Origin: the human T2T-CHM13v2.0 reference genome, Homo sapiens
DNA length: 64,000 nt
NCBI RefSeq assembly: GCF_009914755.1
Contig: NC_060925.1
Strand: one strand, 5' to 3'
Shown here: positions 13,301 to 26,792 of the stretch, one piece after another
Layout of the letters: every line of letters begins with the position of its first letter
How positions within the stretch are numbered: the first letter of the stretch is position 1
Notes under the pieces: generated by a model
What the model saw: the letters and a program-made list of their open reading frames with translations, nothing else
The model's database searches: none
What the model was told of the DNA's origin: nothing
Program-made: the position numbers and the translations under genes

Positions 13301-15464
13301 AAGCATGCGTTCATCTTTTGTCTTTCATTTTACCTTCAGGGTGACATTCAGTGCCAACTGCTCCCTTTTGACCGTCACCAGTCCCCGCCTGGGCAAAATA
13401 AATTTGAAAAACGTGGGGGGAGGGGAAGGAAGAGCCCCCTCAGCCCAAATGCTGGGGTTTCCATTCCTACGGCTAGGGATCCCAAACCTACCCAACCCAC
13501 CTCCCAACCCTGAAAAACCATTTTCCCTTCTACCCACCGGGCCCAGGCAGAGAATCGGCACCAAGACAGCGAGGAGCATCCACCCAGGGCCAGACACTCA
13601 TGTTCGCGGCTCGCACTTGCTGACTTGCATCTCTCAGTTGCATTCCCGGTGTGTAGGCCTCTCACAACTGGAGCTATTTTTGTCTCCCAGAGATGTTCTT
13701 TAAAGCCTTTTAAAAATGGGGAGGGGTCAGGGAAGAAAGAGCGAGAGACAAATAGAGAGAAAGGGACCCAGAGAGAAGCCCAAACCCCTAGTTGAGAAAC
13801 TCGACTGACACATCATAAAATTTGGGGGGCTCCGGGCATCTGGCCCACCAGGGGAGTCTGGAAGGGCAAGAAGGATAACTAGATTTTATTTAACTCATTC
13901 TACAACAGCAGGAAAACTTTTTTTTAATACAAAGATGTTATTGCTAATTATGCACTGTATCTGTTATTTTTATAATTATGCTCAGAATCAGTAGGAGTGG
14001 TCTCAAGAACAATCCTTAACGTTTACTTCTGCAAATATGAGAATGCATTTTTAGCCGGTGTGGCCACATGGCAGGTAAAGCACAGATTACTTCTTTTTCT
14101 AATATTTGTGTTATTTGTACATTGTCTGGTACCTTTTATGTAGCTTCTCTTAATCATAATGTTGTGTATATTACCCAACATGTGGCATATTCCTGATAAA
14201 TAAGTATCTAGCACCAGGTTTGGCAAATGCTTTGCTCTGCTTTATCAATAATTATCCATTTGGAGTAACAACATTTGTTTAGGAATTTTTATTTTCACCG
14301 AGCCTGTAGTTGGCCTTTGTCACCATCATGTATTGGTGGAGTCACTGTTCCTACTAATTCCAAATTCCTAAAAGATGACAGCAGAGGCCGAGGTTGCAAA
14401 AAATTAAGCACAAGGAGAGTTTTGAATCTGAAAAGCACAGCCGATTGAGAGAAAAACTTTTGAATTCATCCATAATAATCTGCAGCTGCTCGAAGGTTTA
14501 AAAATAGTTTACCTATTTGAGAGGTCGGATAAGTTTAATGAAAACAGCAAGTAACTTACTAGATCTTTTCCCTTTAGAGTCACAGTCCAAGAATCATTCG
14601 CAAATTCCACAGGGAAGATATTGTAATTATGCAGAGACCAGATGATCTGAATTGGAGAAACTAGACTAAGAGGGTCTGAGGACTATTGACTGATGGCCAG
14701 ATCCCAAAACTTGGCCTATGTCTCTCCACCTTGAAAATTGGACATAGCTTCTCTGGCTCACTTTGCTTATCTGTCCCTTTGGCATGCCAGAAGGATGAAT
14801 TGGTGCAGTCTTGTCGGGTGCTTAGATGTTACCAGAGTCATAGATGTTTCCAAAGAGGGCAAAGGCCTATTGAGAACTCAAGGAGGGATTACTATAGGCG
14901 TTATTGGTAACTTTCCAGTAACTATCCAAGAGGTACTCGTTAATATTCAATCTACCATCCTGGTTCTCCAGCTTTTTTACTTATTAACCTTGGAATTGGA
15001 CCTTTAAAGACTCACCACAAAGCGAAAGAACCATAACAATTTGACTAACTTTAATCCTCTGAAATCCAATTTTGTTTTGTTCTTTTCAGACAAATGTCTT
15101 CCATGCTGTTTGTCACCACTCCACATGCCAGTTCAGGCAGCTGAGTGGTTTCTCACCCCAGGAGTGAGATGTTTGAGCAACTAGCAAAGAGTAGAGGCAG
15201 CGTACCCAAGAACTCTGGAGTTTGAATAGATCCTTTCTAAGCCTAGATTCTCTAAATCCAACTCTGCCTAGGAACCGCTCTCTGTTGCTTATTCAAGTTC
15301 AAACTCTGCAGACTACTTTCAAGTCTTTATTTTCCGGCTTCACCCAAAATATAATAGTTAATATTGTTGGAGCATGTTCAGTTTCACTTCCCAACCAAAC
15401 CAAAGGGCATAAAAATGCTTACTAAGGTAGACGGAAGACATAGAAGGCAATGCCCTAAACTTTA

Positions 15465-15600
15465 CTCGTGCTTAGACCTTGTAAATCTAATTAAACCTCC
15501 TCAACAATATGGGAATGGAAGTATTATTATCCCCATTTCTGTGCCAAGGAAACTGAGGCACAGAGAAGTTGAGTAATTTGCTCAAAATTACACAGATGGG
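15465..15600 (-). mobile_element. MIR SINE
   Basis: 'attattatccccattt...aggaaactgaggcacagagaagttgagtaatttgctcaa'. Confidence 0.75.
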
Positions 15601-16616
15601 GTTCAAATTAAAGTGTCCTGAGTGTTCGCTATCAAGCTCTCTGCTTACCTACCTACCTACCTATTCAAACTTATTTCCAACTACTGGCATCACTGAGCCA
15701 TGGTTCAGTCAGGCTGGTCACCCACTGTTCATCTCATACACTCTGTTGACTCACACTGCGATCCCAGTGTCGAAGCTTTCAACTCCCTCTTCACTTCCCA
15801 ATTCCTTTCTGAACAAATATGCATTTTTCCGCTTTCTCTTCGGGTTTACCTAACATAGTGCTAAGTACAACACTGGCTCTCATTAAATACCTTCTGATGC
15901 ATTAATTGACATAAAATTGCCTTATGGAGACCTAGAATGCCACTTTTCAATTTGACAGAAATTAAAAGTTTTATGTAGCAAAAGTGTTATCCTTTCAGCT
16001 GAAGAAATGACAAGCTAATTTCTCCATATTTTAGACAGTCCCTAGAAAACAATTTAGGGAAGCATTCTATGATAAGGTAGAACTTCATATGGGGAGTGAG
16101 GTGGGTGAGCAGGTATATAATTGTAGTACTTGAAAAGCTACTGTAAACTTAATTATTATGACTTTATAGCTCTTATGAGTCTTTCTCTGCTATATTTTGA
16201 ATTTTTGATGTCAAGATATTAAAATTTCCATTTAAAAGGAAAGGAAAACAAATAAGAACCTGTAGGCAGGAGATATGTGATCTCATCTTGGAGCTGCTGC
16301 TAGTGCTCGCTGTGTGACCTCTGGCAAATTATTTAACCATTCTGGGCCTCAGTTCCCTAATTGCACAAGGAAGGGTTGAACCAGTCTCCAAGGTCCCTCC
16401 AGCTCCAAGCTTACAAGTATGACACAGGATGTGAGAGAGGAGAAAAAGCAAGAACACTCAGCCTGGAGTGAGACTTGTTTTTTTGAAGGATGCAAAAAAA
16501 ATGCTGGAGAGCTCAGGTAAAGTTAGACAAGTTTATGTCTCTAATTCCTGTGTAGAGTTAAAGGCAGCTCAGGAAAAAAAAAAATCCATGCAAAAATATG
16601 TTCAAACCTACGGTTT

Positions 16617-16902
16617 CCGGTGGCTCACACCTGTAATCCCAGCACTTCAGGAGGCCAAGGCGGGAGGATCGCTTCAACCCAGGATTTTGAGACCAGCCTA
16701 GGCAATGTAATGAGACCACTTCTCTGCAAGAAATAGAAAAAATCAGCAGGGCATGGTGGCATGTGCCTGTTGTCCCAGCTACTCAGAAGGCTGAGGCAAG
16801 AGGATTGCTTGAGCCCCGAAGTCAAGGCTACAGTAAGCGGTGATCGCACCACTGCACTCCAGCTGAGGTGACAGAGTGAGACCCCTGTCTCAAAAAAAAA
16901 AA
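16617..16902 (+). mobile_element. AluJ SINE
   Basis: Dimeric Alu with J-type 'aggatcgcttcaacccagga' and 'gtcaaggctacagt'; poly(A) tail. Confidence 0.92.
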
Positions 16903-17006
16903 CACACACACACATATAAAAACCCTACACTTTACAAAACTGCCCTTTTTTAATGAGATAAAATTATTTATTATTATATTTTTTGTTAATAATAAAATAT
17001 TATTAT

Positions 17007-17293
17007 CTGAGACAGGATCTGGCTCTGTATTCCAGGCTGGAGTGCAGTGGCCTGACCATAGCTCACTGTAACCTCAAACTCCTGGGCTCAAGCAATCCTC
17101 CTGCCTCAGACTCTGGAGCAGCTAGGACTACAGGTACGTGCCACCATGCCCAGCTATTTTTTTAAACTTTTTTGTAGAGATGAGGCCTCGCTATGTTGTC
17201 CAGGCTGGTCTCAAACTCCTGGCCTCAGGCAATCCTCCTGTCTTCACCTCCAGAGTTGCTGGGATTACAGGCATGAGCCACTGCACCCAGACC
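17007..17293 (-). mobile_element. AluJ SINE
   Basis: 'gagacaggatctggctctg...ctcctgggctcaagcaatcc...gagccactgcacccagacc'. Confidence 0.92.
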
Positions 17294-18061
17294 CCAAGAT
17301 GAAATTATCAACAACCATGTTTACCAGTAGCCTACCATATCAGCCAAAATGTTATTAGTCATTATTCATGTGTGCCTAAAACTTTCTTTCTAACACTATC
17401 AAATCGTATAGACCTAATTTGATATGAATGGATCCAACCTATTTTGCCTTGATGTCTTCAACTCACGTGTAGCTTGAATTAAATCATGAAGAACAGAGGT
17501 CTACAGAGACTTGGGGTATAGAATCAGAATGAGACTTTTTGCATGTTTCCTGTTTAACTGAGTAAGCCTGTGTTCTTTTCCTTATTTGTCCTCATGTGTT
17601 GAATAATTACAACTCATTGACTTTCTCATCAGGTTTTTGTTGGGATAAAATGAAGTAGTGGAAATGAGACAGACTCTACCAATACAACAAAATATTATCA
17701 TGTCAGATGTGCCTTATCTTACATCTGAGTTGTATTTCTAAAAAGTTTACCAAGTTAGCAGAGCATGTGGAGACAAGATGTCAGGTCCCCTGGCTGAGAA
17801 TCTGAGCTGATTTCTGCACATCTTGCTAGTTATAGGATTTCACAAGGTCCTGTAGCTAGTGAAGAGCAGAATTGAGTTGGCTATACAAATAAACTGCCCT
17901 CTCCACAGACCATTCTCAAAAGACATGGTACAAACTCTGGGAAAGTAGGCAGCCAATCACATCTCACCAAAGACCAAATTCATTCAAACATTTATTTAAA
18001 ATAGAAATGTATATCAAGCCTCTGACATGAAAACAGTTTTATATAAGGCAAATTCCTTAAC

Positions 18062-18240
18062 CAGGTTTCATTATAGCTCTAGGGATCCATGGATGAATTA
18101 AGAAACTCTTGAAGTTGTAGGCAAAGTGTGTGTCTGTGAGTGTGTGTGTGTATGTGTGTGTATTGTTCTCAAGAAAAGATCCATAACTTTTGTCACATTC
18201 TCAGAAGGGTGCATGACTCCAGAAAGGTTAAGAACCGCTG
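18062..18240. mobile_element. Old non-autonomous hAT-Charlie-type DNA transposon fragment with internal (TG)n
   Basis: 'gatccatggatg...cattctcagaagggtgcatgactccagaaaggttaagaaccgctg' resembles a Charlie/MER terminus; subfamily not assigned. Confidence 0.55.
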
Positions 18241-18858
18241 ATGTAAGAATCATTTATTTAAAAACTGAACTTATAAAGAATAACACATTCATTTAAGCCA
18301 AATGTCATGATGGCCACAACACAGATAGTGTATAATAATCACCAGTATTCAGAATGATGGCCTTGAGACACAATAAAAGCCTCAGTCATCAAAGACATTT
18401 ATTTTCAAGGTATTTTACTTAACTGACATGGGAAAATGAACCAGCCTTTTAGAAAGATTTGAATATTGATTTAAAATGAGGTTTCTGCTTTTGTTTAAGC
18501 CAGTTGGGCAAGTCTCTGTGTGCTAAGCAAGGTGGATTAGTGTAGAAAAATATGCATTGTTTCAGAAAGCGCAGTTAGGAGTCCACTGCACTTGTTGAGG
18601 TGGCAAAGAATGGGGGACTGAGGCCGGACCTTGGCAGTGGGGAGGGAGGAGGAACTGGAGGGATATTTGGCAGGAAACTGAAATCAACAGACTTAAATGT
18701 CTGGCTTGGGCAACTGAATTAAAATGGTAGGATATTAAACAGGTACAAATAAAGGTTTTGGTAAGAAAATAATGAATTTGGTTTAAAATGTTAGATTTAA
18801 AGGCCTCTGGAACATCCAGATTCCACAGGTCTTGGGAAAGATTTAGAAGAGATTTATG

Positions 18859-19024
18859 AAGCATGGTGGCACATGCCTGTAGTCCCAGCTACTTGGGAGG
18901 AAGGTTGGGGCCCAGGAGTTTGAGGCTACAGTGCACCTTGATCACACCTGTAAATAGCCAGTGCATGCCAGCCTGGGCAACATTGCAAGACTCTGTGTCC
19001 ACATTTTAAAACACATTTTTTTAA
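18859..19024 (+). mobile_element. Alu right-arm monomer (FRAM or truncated AluJ)
   Basis: 'ggtggcacatgcctgtagtcccagctac...'; flanking agaagaSatttatg duplication at 18845-18858 and 19025-19038 (1 mismatch). Confidence 0.85.
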
Positions 19025-20125
19025 AGAAGACATTTATGGCTGAAGAAATTTATTTGGGAATCATCAGTAAATTAGTGATGGCTTAAGCTGGTAATAAAAG
19101 TGTGAAAAATTATAAATGTAAATGACTTAGGAGAGTCTTAAATAAAGCTGCATTTATTTGAATAAGTTCTTACTTTTAAAACATGAAATTATATAACACC
19201 CAAGGAAAAATAGTGTTGGTGACTTTAAATATTTATACAACTGTATTTGTACCATACATTTCTGAAAAAACCTATCCACCTCAGAATTTTATTTTACATT
19301 GTGGGTTTTCTGGAGTTCTTGCATTTCAAGACTCAATTTTCCATTTGAGATAGCGCATTCACTGCCTGGTTTTAGAAGGGAGAAAGAGTTTTCCTTGGCA
19401 ACCAGGTTCAACTGGAAAAAATAATCAAGATGTCACCTGATGCCACAAGCTACCAACTACGTTCTCAGCTATGTGGACCTGCCAGTTGCTGAACCAGCAG
19501 AGGAAACTCAGCGTCATGGAAAGAACACTAAACTTAGAACAGTTGAGTGTGAGTCTCATTTCTGCCTCTTACTGCTTTTGCGACCCTGGGCAAGTCATTC
19601 AACTTCCCAGAACCTGGATTTCCTCTTAGTAACTGCCCTATCATCCTCCAACAATCCTCAGGTAACGATCCTTAGAGCACTGGTGTTTACGAGTCGCCAA
19701 AGGCGTGGATTGACTGAACCCAATCACATGTTTAAAAAGCCATTTCCTCGATTAACTTCCTCCAGGATGACTCCTCCCACTGTCCTCCCCATGACAGCCC
19801 ACTGAGGTTAATCTCTCCTTTGTCTCTACTTCCATCCACAAACTGATATCATTGTATTTATGCTTTAATTATTATTAATATGACTGTCTTTGCTGCCTTT
19901 TGTGTAAAAGATGTTTTAGTTATTTTTTTATTCCTAGTGCCTAGCACACAGTAGATGCTCCATAAATACTAAATGAATAAACAACGATCAAGGAGAACAT
20001 TTGCCTGCATCTGTTCCAATTCTCTGAAAATGCTTAAGATGAATTGGAAAATGGAAAAAAGCTGGGCTAGCCTTACTGCTAGGCTGTAGGCTACATACAG
20101 ATGCTTTGCTTAGAAGGCACCTCTC

Positions 20126-20404
20126 CAGCCTGGGCAACATGGCAAAACCCCATCTCTACAAAAATTTTAAAAATTAGCTGGGTGTCGTGATGTGCACCTG
20201 TAGTCCCAGCTACTCAGGAGGCTGAGGTGGGAGGATCAGGATTGCGAATAGGGCTGAAGTTTTGGATTCCTATCCAGAACATGACAGTTCTTTACACTTT
20301 CACAGACCCATGAAGCTTATCCCTTCTCCTTCAACCCATGAGGATGAGGCTGCAGTGAGCTGTGATCTCACCACTGCACTCCACCCCCTCTAAAAATTAA
20401 AAAA
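20126..20404 (+). mobile_element. 5'-truncated AluJ-like SINE carrying a 95-bp non-Alu insertion
   Basis: Alu sequence at 20126-20238 and 20338-20404; 12-bp TSD aaggcacctctc at 20114-20125 and 20405-20416. Confidence 0.92.
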
Positions 20405-21320
20405 AAGGCACCTCTCTATTATAAAACTCCTACATTTACTGTTTACTCTTATGTGTACAGTTCTTGTAGGGAATAAAGTCTGTCATTTCCCAATCAGACT
20501 TAAAACTCAAAGGCTGACTTTCCGGGCAAGAAAATAACACTGACTTCATTTGACACTGATATGTAAATGCTCAATACCAGGCTTTGCCAGAAAGCTAAGA
20601 AAAAGAAAATGACAGCAGGAGAAGCCACTGTAAATGTAAAGGAGGGCTGCACAACCGAATGTCCTGTTTTCAAATTCCTGAGGAATTTTCCTAAGCTCTC
20701 ATTGATTGTGTATTTCACTTTCAAAATGGAAATTTTATAATATTTAAGTATCGGGGTTATTGGGAAAGTTAAATGAGATAATGCATGTGATGGCATAATC
20801 CCTTGTCAAAGTAGGCAGCTGATAAAAGCAATTCTCCTCCCTCTCTTCCTTTCTTTCTTCCTAACTGCTTACCTTCCCATAAGAAAAGAATCAAGTTCAT
20901 CGATTTGCAACCATGATCAATTTGTAAGTATTTCTTTTGGCCAGGCTGCTTAAAAAAAAAAAAAAAAAAAGATGATCTCAGGGATTAGTTTATGACCATG
21001 GTTCCTAAACTTTGCCACACATTGGAATCACTTGGAAAGCTTTTTAAAATCCTAATGCCCCAGTCACACCCCATAGCAATTAGTCAAACATCTGAGGGTG
21101 GGAACCAGGCAATAGTATTGCTTTACAATCCCCAAGTGATTCTAGTGTGCTTCAAAGTTTGAGAGTCACTGGCAAATGTAGGGAAATGGGCCTGTGGCCA
21201 GTTAATTTCATGGACTGGAGCCTGATGCAAATAAGGCTGAAGTGTTGGATTCTTGTCCAGAACATGACAGTTCTTTACACTTTCACAGACCCATAAAGCT
21301 TATCCCTTCTCCTTCAACCC
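20243..21320 (+). repeat. Dispersed direct duplication, 95 bp (20243-20337 = 21226-21320)
   Basis: Hand alignment: ungapped, 6 mismatches in 95 bp, offset 983. Confidence 0.95.
20996..21171. mobile_element. MER5A1-like DNA transposon
   Basis: 'catggttcctaaac...ggaatcacttgga...ccccaagtgattctagtgtg...aagtttgagagtcactg' with degenerate terminal inverted repeats. Confidence 0.8.
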
Positions 21321-21419
21321 TCCATCAGCAAGCTCTTTATAAATGAACCCTAGACAGAGTCATCACAGTGAATTGACTCTCTGAGTACCAAAAAGCAAGT
21401 GAAAAAGTACATCATAAAA

Positions 21420-21640
21420 CACTCATATTTATGGTATTTTACCATTTAGAAAGTGCTTTAACACCTGATTTTATTTACTCTTTACAACAAGCCTGCATAG
21501 CTGGCATTATTATTATGCCCAATTTATAGATGATAAAGCCAAAAAGAAAGCTTAGCTTGCTCAGGGACAAAGTGGCACATTCCAGTCTCATACTGAGATC
21601 CGGGATTCCAGAATCGATGCTCTTTTCCTGGAGCCCCTCA
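21420..21640 (-). mobile_element. MIR SINE
   Basis: 'aaagtgcttta...acaacaagcctgcatagctggcattattattatgcccaatttatagatga'. Confidence 0.65.
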
Positions 21641-21974
21641 GAAGCTCCACTGATGATGGGCAAGTAGGAGTGTATCCACATTTGAAGGTTGCTACAGAGC
21701 AACGGTCTAGCTGCTCTATCAGATTAGGAAGGAAAACAGGAAGAAAAGGAGGGTGGAAGGGAGGGAGGGAAATACTGCTCATTATGTTTTGAGTTAAACA
21801 GGTTCCTTTCCAGCAGGCTTTTTCAAATTATTTAATGTGCCTACAATCATTCTAAGTTTCCAAAACTTATTATTTCCAAAGCGATTGAACAGTGAAACCA
21901 CTTTTAACTCAGCATTTCTCAGGACTAACATCCCATGGAATGTGATTTGATATATGTTGCCATGGTTTTCCTCA

Positions 21975-22310
21975 GCTCCCTCAAGACTTTGTTAAAGTAG
22001 CACCCTCTTAGGGAGGACTACCTATGTCACCTGATTTAAAACAGAAACATCACCTTGCCCGCAGCCCAGTCCTCACCTACTTTCCTGCTTTATTCTTTTC
22101 CCCCATAGCCCTTAACACCTTCTAATACACTTCATAATTTACTCATTTATTTTGTTTACTGTCTCGTCTTCTATGTCTGTAAGCTCTATGAGGGCAGGGC
22201 ATTCTTCAGCTATTTGTTTTTACATGGTGATATTTCCAGAACAGAGAAAAGTGCCTGGCACAGAGTAGGTGTTCAATAAACATGGAGTCCTAATGAATGA
22301 CTGGATAACA
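21975..22310 (+). mobile_element. L2 LINE 3' fragment
   Basis: 'tgtaagctctatgagggcaggg...gtgcctggcacagagtaggtgttcaataaac'. Confidence 0.75.
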
Positions 22311-22356
22311 AGAAATGTGCCAAGAAAGAAATGCAAATGAAGGCATCTTCTTCACA

Positions 22357-23555
22357 GTTAGGTGCCCTTTGAAAGTATCTTTTCCAATCCTACTTATCCC
22401 TCATGATGAGCTAATGAAGTGGATATTATTCCTACCTTATAGAAAAATAAAGTGAGAATAACAACAATTAGACCTGTGAGCAGAGCAAAAAAAAAAAAAA
22501 GTCAAGTAAAAAGATGGTTACATTAGAATTAATTCTTTTTAATTTTCTATGTAATTATTGTGGGATAAAGCACATGTGCTAGATATTTCCAACAGTTTCT
22601 ATGAAATCTAATATAATGTGGATAGCCATGAATTGTACCAAGGACCAATACATCAGCCCAGGATGCTATTTTCTAGCCACCAACACCAGACCAGGCTGAG
22701 ATATAAAAATTCAGAAGATCTCTGGTGCAAAAATGGTCATCATTGTCTGGATTCAGATTCTCCATCAGTGAAACCATGATTCTGAGAAACATTCTCTAGA
22801 GTTCTAACGGCAGCCAGACTGTAACACAGGTGTTAGTTGGATCCTCCCCACAATTGTACAAGGGCTCCACTACACAATAACAATGCTTTGCATCCAGGTG
22901 GAGCTTTTCTCTGTAAAGGTCAAAGTGCTGTGAGCAATTCAAACATAAGCAGGGGTGATGATGGCCCATCAAGCTCAGAAAATGACCCAGTTGACCAGTT
23001 CCTCTCCAAACACGGAGAATAACAATGAAGTGGAGAATCCGTAGTAATAATGTTGGATGAATGCTCCGTTCCGTTACATTTTCTTTTTATCCAGAAAAAA
23101 AAAAAAACGCATTTGTGAAGTGAATTATTTTGGTAATGAAAGTGGTATTTATTAAACACACTAGAAACTGCAAATCCAAATAAGTATTTCCCTTCAAAAT
23201 AGTCACTTGGGGAAGCTATGTAATTACTTTAGTGATCCTGAGATTGCTCTAGACATTCTGGGAATTCCTCTTTTAAAATCACCTTCATAGATGGTTTAGG
23301 ACTCATACAGAAAACCAGTATCATTTCTCTAAGGCTGTACTTTATATGACAAAAATACATTTCATTCCCAAGCCAACTTGGGTGGTCAATATAGTCAAGA
23401 TATCTTGTTAAAAGCACAGCATGCCAGGCTGACCCCAACACTCTATAATAGGTCAGGGCTGGAAATGGGAGTTTGTCTTTGAATGATGGATCACCCCAGG
23501 TGATTCTGTTAGGTGCCCTTTGACAGTATCTTTTCCAATCCTACTTATCCCTCAT
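22357..23555 (+). repeat. Dispersed direct duplication, 48 bp (22357-22404 = 23508-23555)
   Basis: gttaggtgccctttgaMagtatcttttccaatcctacttatccctcat, 1 mismatch, offset 1151. Confidence 0.95.
23130..23410. mobile_element. MARNA-like Tc1/mariner DNA transposon fragment
   Basis: 'cccttcaaaatagtcacttggggaagctat...cattctgggaattcctctttt' matches my recollection of the MARNA consensus. Confidence 0.5.
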
Positions 23556-23638
23556 CTAGTTTTCTTCACAAACTGTGGGTTAGAGTGCCTTGCTGGAGGA
23601 CAGGGTTGGAGGCTAAACCTTATCCTGAGCCAGTTAGT

Positions 23639-24038
23639 TGTATTAGCCCATTTCTGCATTGCTGTAAATACCTGACACTGGGTAATTTGTAAAGAAAAGA
23701 GGTTTAATTTTGGCTCACATTTCTGCAGACTATACATGAAGCATAGTGCTGGCACCTGCTTCTGGTGAGGCCTCAGGAAGCTTACAATCATGGCAGAAGG
23801 TGAAGGGTGAGCCAGCACATCACATGGCGAGAGTGGGAGCAAGAGCGAGAAGTAAGAGGTGCCACTCTCTTTTAAACAACCAGATCTTGGATGAACTCAG
23901 AGTGAGAACTTACTTATTACCCCAAGGATGGCACAAAGCCACTCTCAAAGAATCGGCCCCCATGATCCAAACACCTCCCACCTTGGGGATTACATTTCAA
24001 CAGGAGATTTGGAGGGGACAGACATCCAAACTATATCA
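23639..24038 (-). mobile_element. MST-family MaLR solo LTR
   Basis: TG...CA ends ('tgtattagcc'...'aaactatatca'), 'ggcctcaggaagcttacaatcatggcagaagg'; 5-bp TSD ttagt. Confidence 0.92.
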
Positions 24039-24289
24039 TTAGTCTTCCTCTACTTTATGGCCACAAAGCCTGAACCTCTAACATCTAATCATTCATTCAC
24101 TGACATAGCATCTTTGGAACCCTTACCATTTGTTTTACAAAGAGTAACCTATTGGTAATGAGAAAGTCAAGCAAAAAGTGTTGACGGTTAGCCTAAAACA
24201 TGCCTCTATGAGACACATCCTCTTTCTTGCCAGGTTCTTTTGGCCAACCTCATGACTTCAACTTTTTCTTTGGAGACAGAACAAAAAAG

Positions 24290-24515
24290 AATAAGGAGCA
24301 CATGCTCCAGAATAAAACTGCCTGCAGTCAAACCCTTCCTGACCACCTAATCAGGTAACCTAAGGCAAGTTACTTAATCGGTCTGTGCCTCAGTTTTCCC
24401 CATCTGTGAAATGTAGCTAATACCTCCTAGGGATGCTGACAGGATTCAGTGAGATAATGTATATGCAATGTTTAGCACAGTGATCATAGCTTTCAACTAA
24501 TATCAGTTATTATTT
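24290..24515 (+). mobile_element. MIR SINE
   Basis: 'ggcaagttacttaatcggtctgtgcctcagttttccccatctgtgaaatg'. Confidence 0.75.
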
Positions 24516-24896
24516 TTGACACATGTGTTAATGATCCTTAAATCATTAATTCTAGGTCAGAAATCTCAACCTCTTTCCTTACCATTAGTACATAGATGCC
24601 CATCAGCATTTCAAACTGATAAGATAGAAAATTGAATTAATTATTGGCCCAACTTCCTAAATGGTTCTAGCTCCTTGGCTCCTAGTCTTGGTTCAAAGTA
24701 TCATCATCTGTAGGATCATTTAGTTTCCAAACCAAATCTATCTCAAATGCTTTCTCCTACCTCACTCCACCTCCCACATCAGCAAACACACACACCCACA
24801 TGCATATTCATTTAGTTTATAAAGTCATGTTGATTCTACCTCAACAAGTTTTCTTTCCATTCTTGTGTGTGTATGTGTTTGTGGTTTAAAACAACA

Positions 24897-25213
<317 letters not shown>

Positions 25214-25239
25214 TAAACCAACTTTTTAAAATAAATTAC

Positions 25240-25450
25240 TACATTCCAGATTTAAACACTGCACATGCATCAATTCACAGAAATCTTTTAACAACCTTAT
25301 GCAATAGGTGTTGTTACATCCATTTTTAAATCTGTAAAAACGGAGGCACAAAGTGGTTAGGAAACTTGCTGGGGTTCAATCAGCAAGTAAGTGTGGGATC
25401 TGGGAGTCAATCCCAGCAGCATGGCCCAGAGCTATGCCTCTCACCACCAT
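25240..25450 (-). mobile_element. MIR SINE
   Basis: 'acaaccttatgcaataggtg...aaacggaggcacaaagtggttaggaaacttgc'. Confidence 0.7.
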
Positions 25451-26461
25451 ACAGCATTGCTGCTATTATTTTTAAAATAATAATAATTAATATGTGTTAT
25501 CAATACAACATATTCTCATGATAATCTTATGATGTACATGCTGTTAAAACTCCTCTTTTACAGATGAGGGAGTTGAAACCTGTAGTGTATGAGTTGCCAC
25601 TTCTCTAGTTTGGGTCTCCATTGCGTACTGCCTGGGCTAATGAAATTACCCTCCCACGTCTTCTCTGAACCTTTCTCTGCACACTTTTAAAAAGTTAAAA
25701 TTTTTCAAATTACTTTACACTCAGACTTCTGAATAACCTTCCCCAAAGCATGGTTTTTGTCCTTCATTTATTCTTTAACACATATTTATTAAAAACTACA
25801 TTCCAAGCAATGGTTTTCTAATCCATCATTCACAGGTAAATCTGGTATGTCCCTAGCCTACAACAAGCTCTTACTCTTTGGGAGACACTGGCACATAAAC
25901 ATCATTTCTACACATTGTAAAATGTGTCCTGTAGAGGTACACAGAAAAAGGCCTCTAAGGTGGCATGTAGGGGCGGGTGGGAAGAATGGGTCAAAGAAGG
26001 CTAAGCACAAGCTGAGAGGCTTATACAGTCAGCGAGGCAGCTGATGGGGGAGAGAGAAGGGGAATAAAGAAGAGAGGGCCTGCTTGGCAGAGGGGAAATA
26101 TGAACAAATGCAGAGAGACTCCTGTGAGCAGGAGACTGCAAATCATACTGTCAAATAATTCTGTCATTCTGTGTCAAAGGGGTTTAGGTACCCAGTCTGG
26201 AAGGCTTGGATTGGAGATTTGTCTTGAAGCTTGGTTTATAGAAAGCACAGAGTTTTTACATGTTTATTCTGTTCATTTGAGCTTGCTTGCAGGGAGTGGA
26301 AGTTGATCGAGAGTAGAGGAATGGAAGCCTCCTCCGTCAGTCAACCTTGGTACTACCACTGGTACTGCTGGAAGATGAAGTGTGAGGCAGAGAGTGAGGA
26401 GAAAGAGGGTTTCCCAGACAGCTCAGGGAGTCTAGACTTCCTGCTCAATGAGCAACAGTTA

Positions 26462-26792
<331 letters not shown>

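Noticed and set aside
13841-13858. CTCF-like tggcccaccaggggagtc
   Set aside because: The 3' part of the core (GGCGC/GGCAG) is missing; too weak to call
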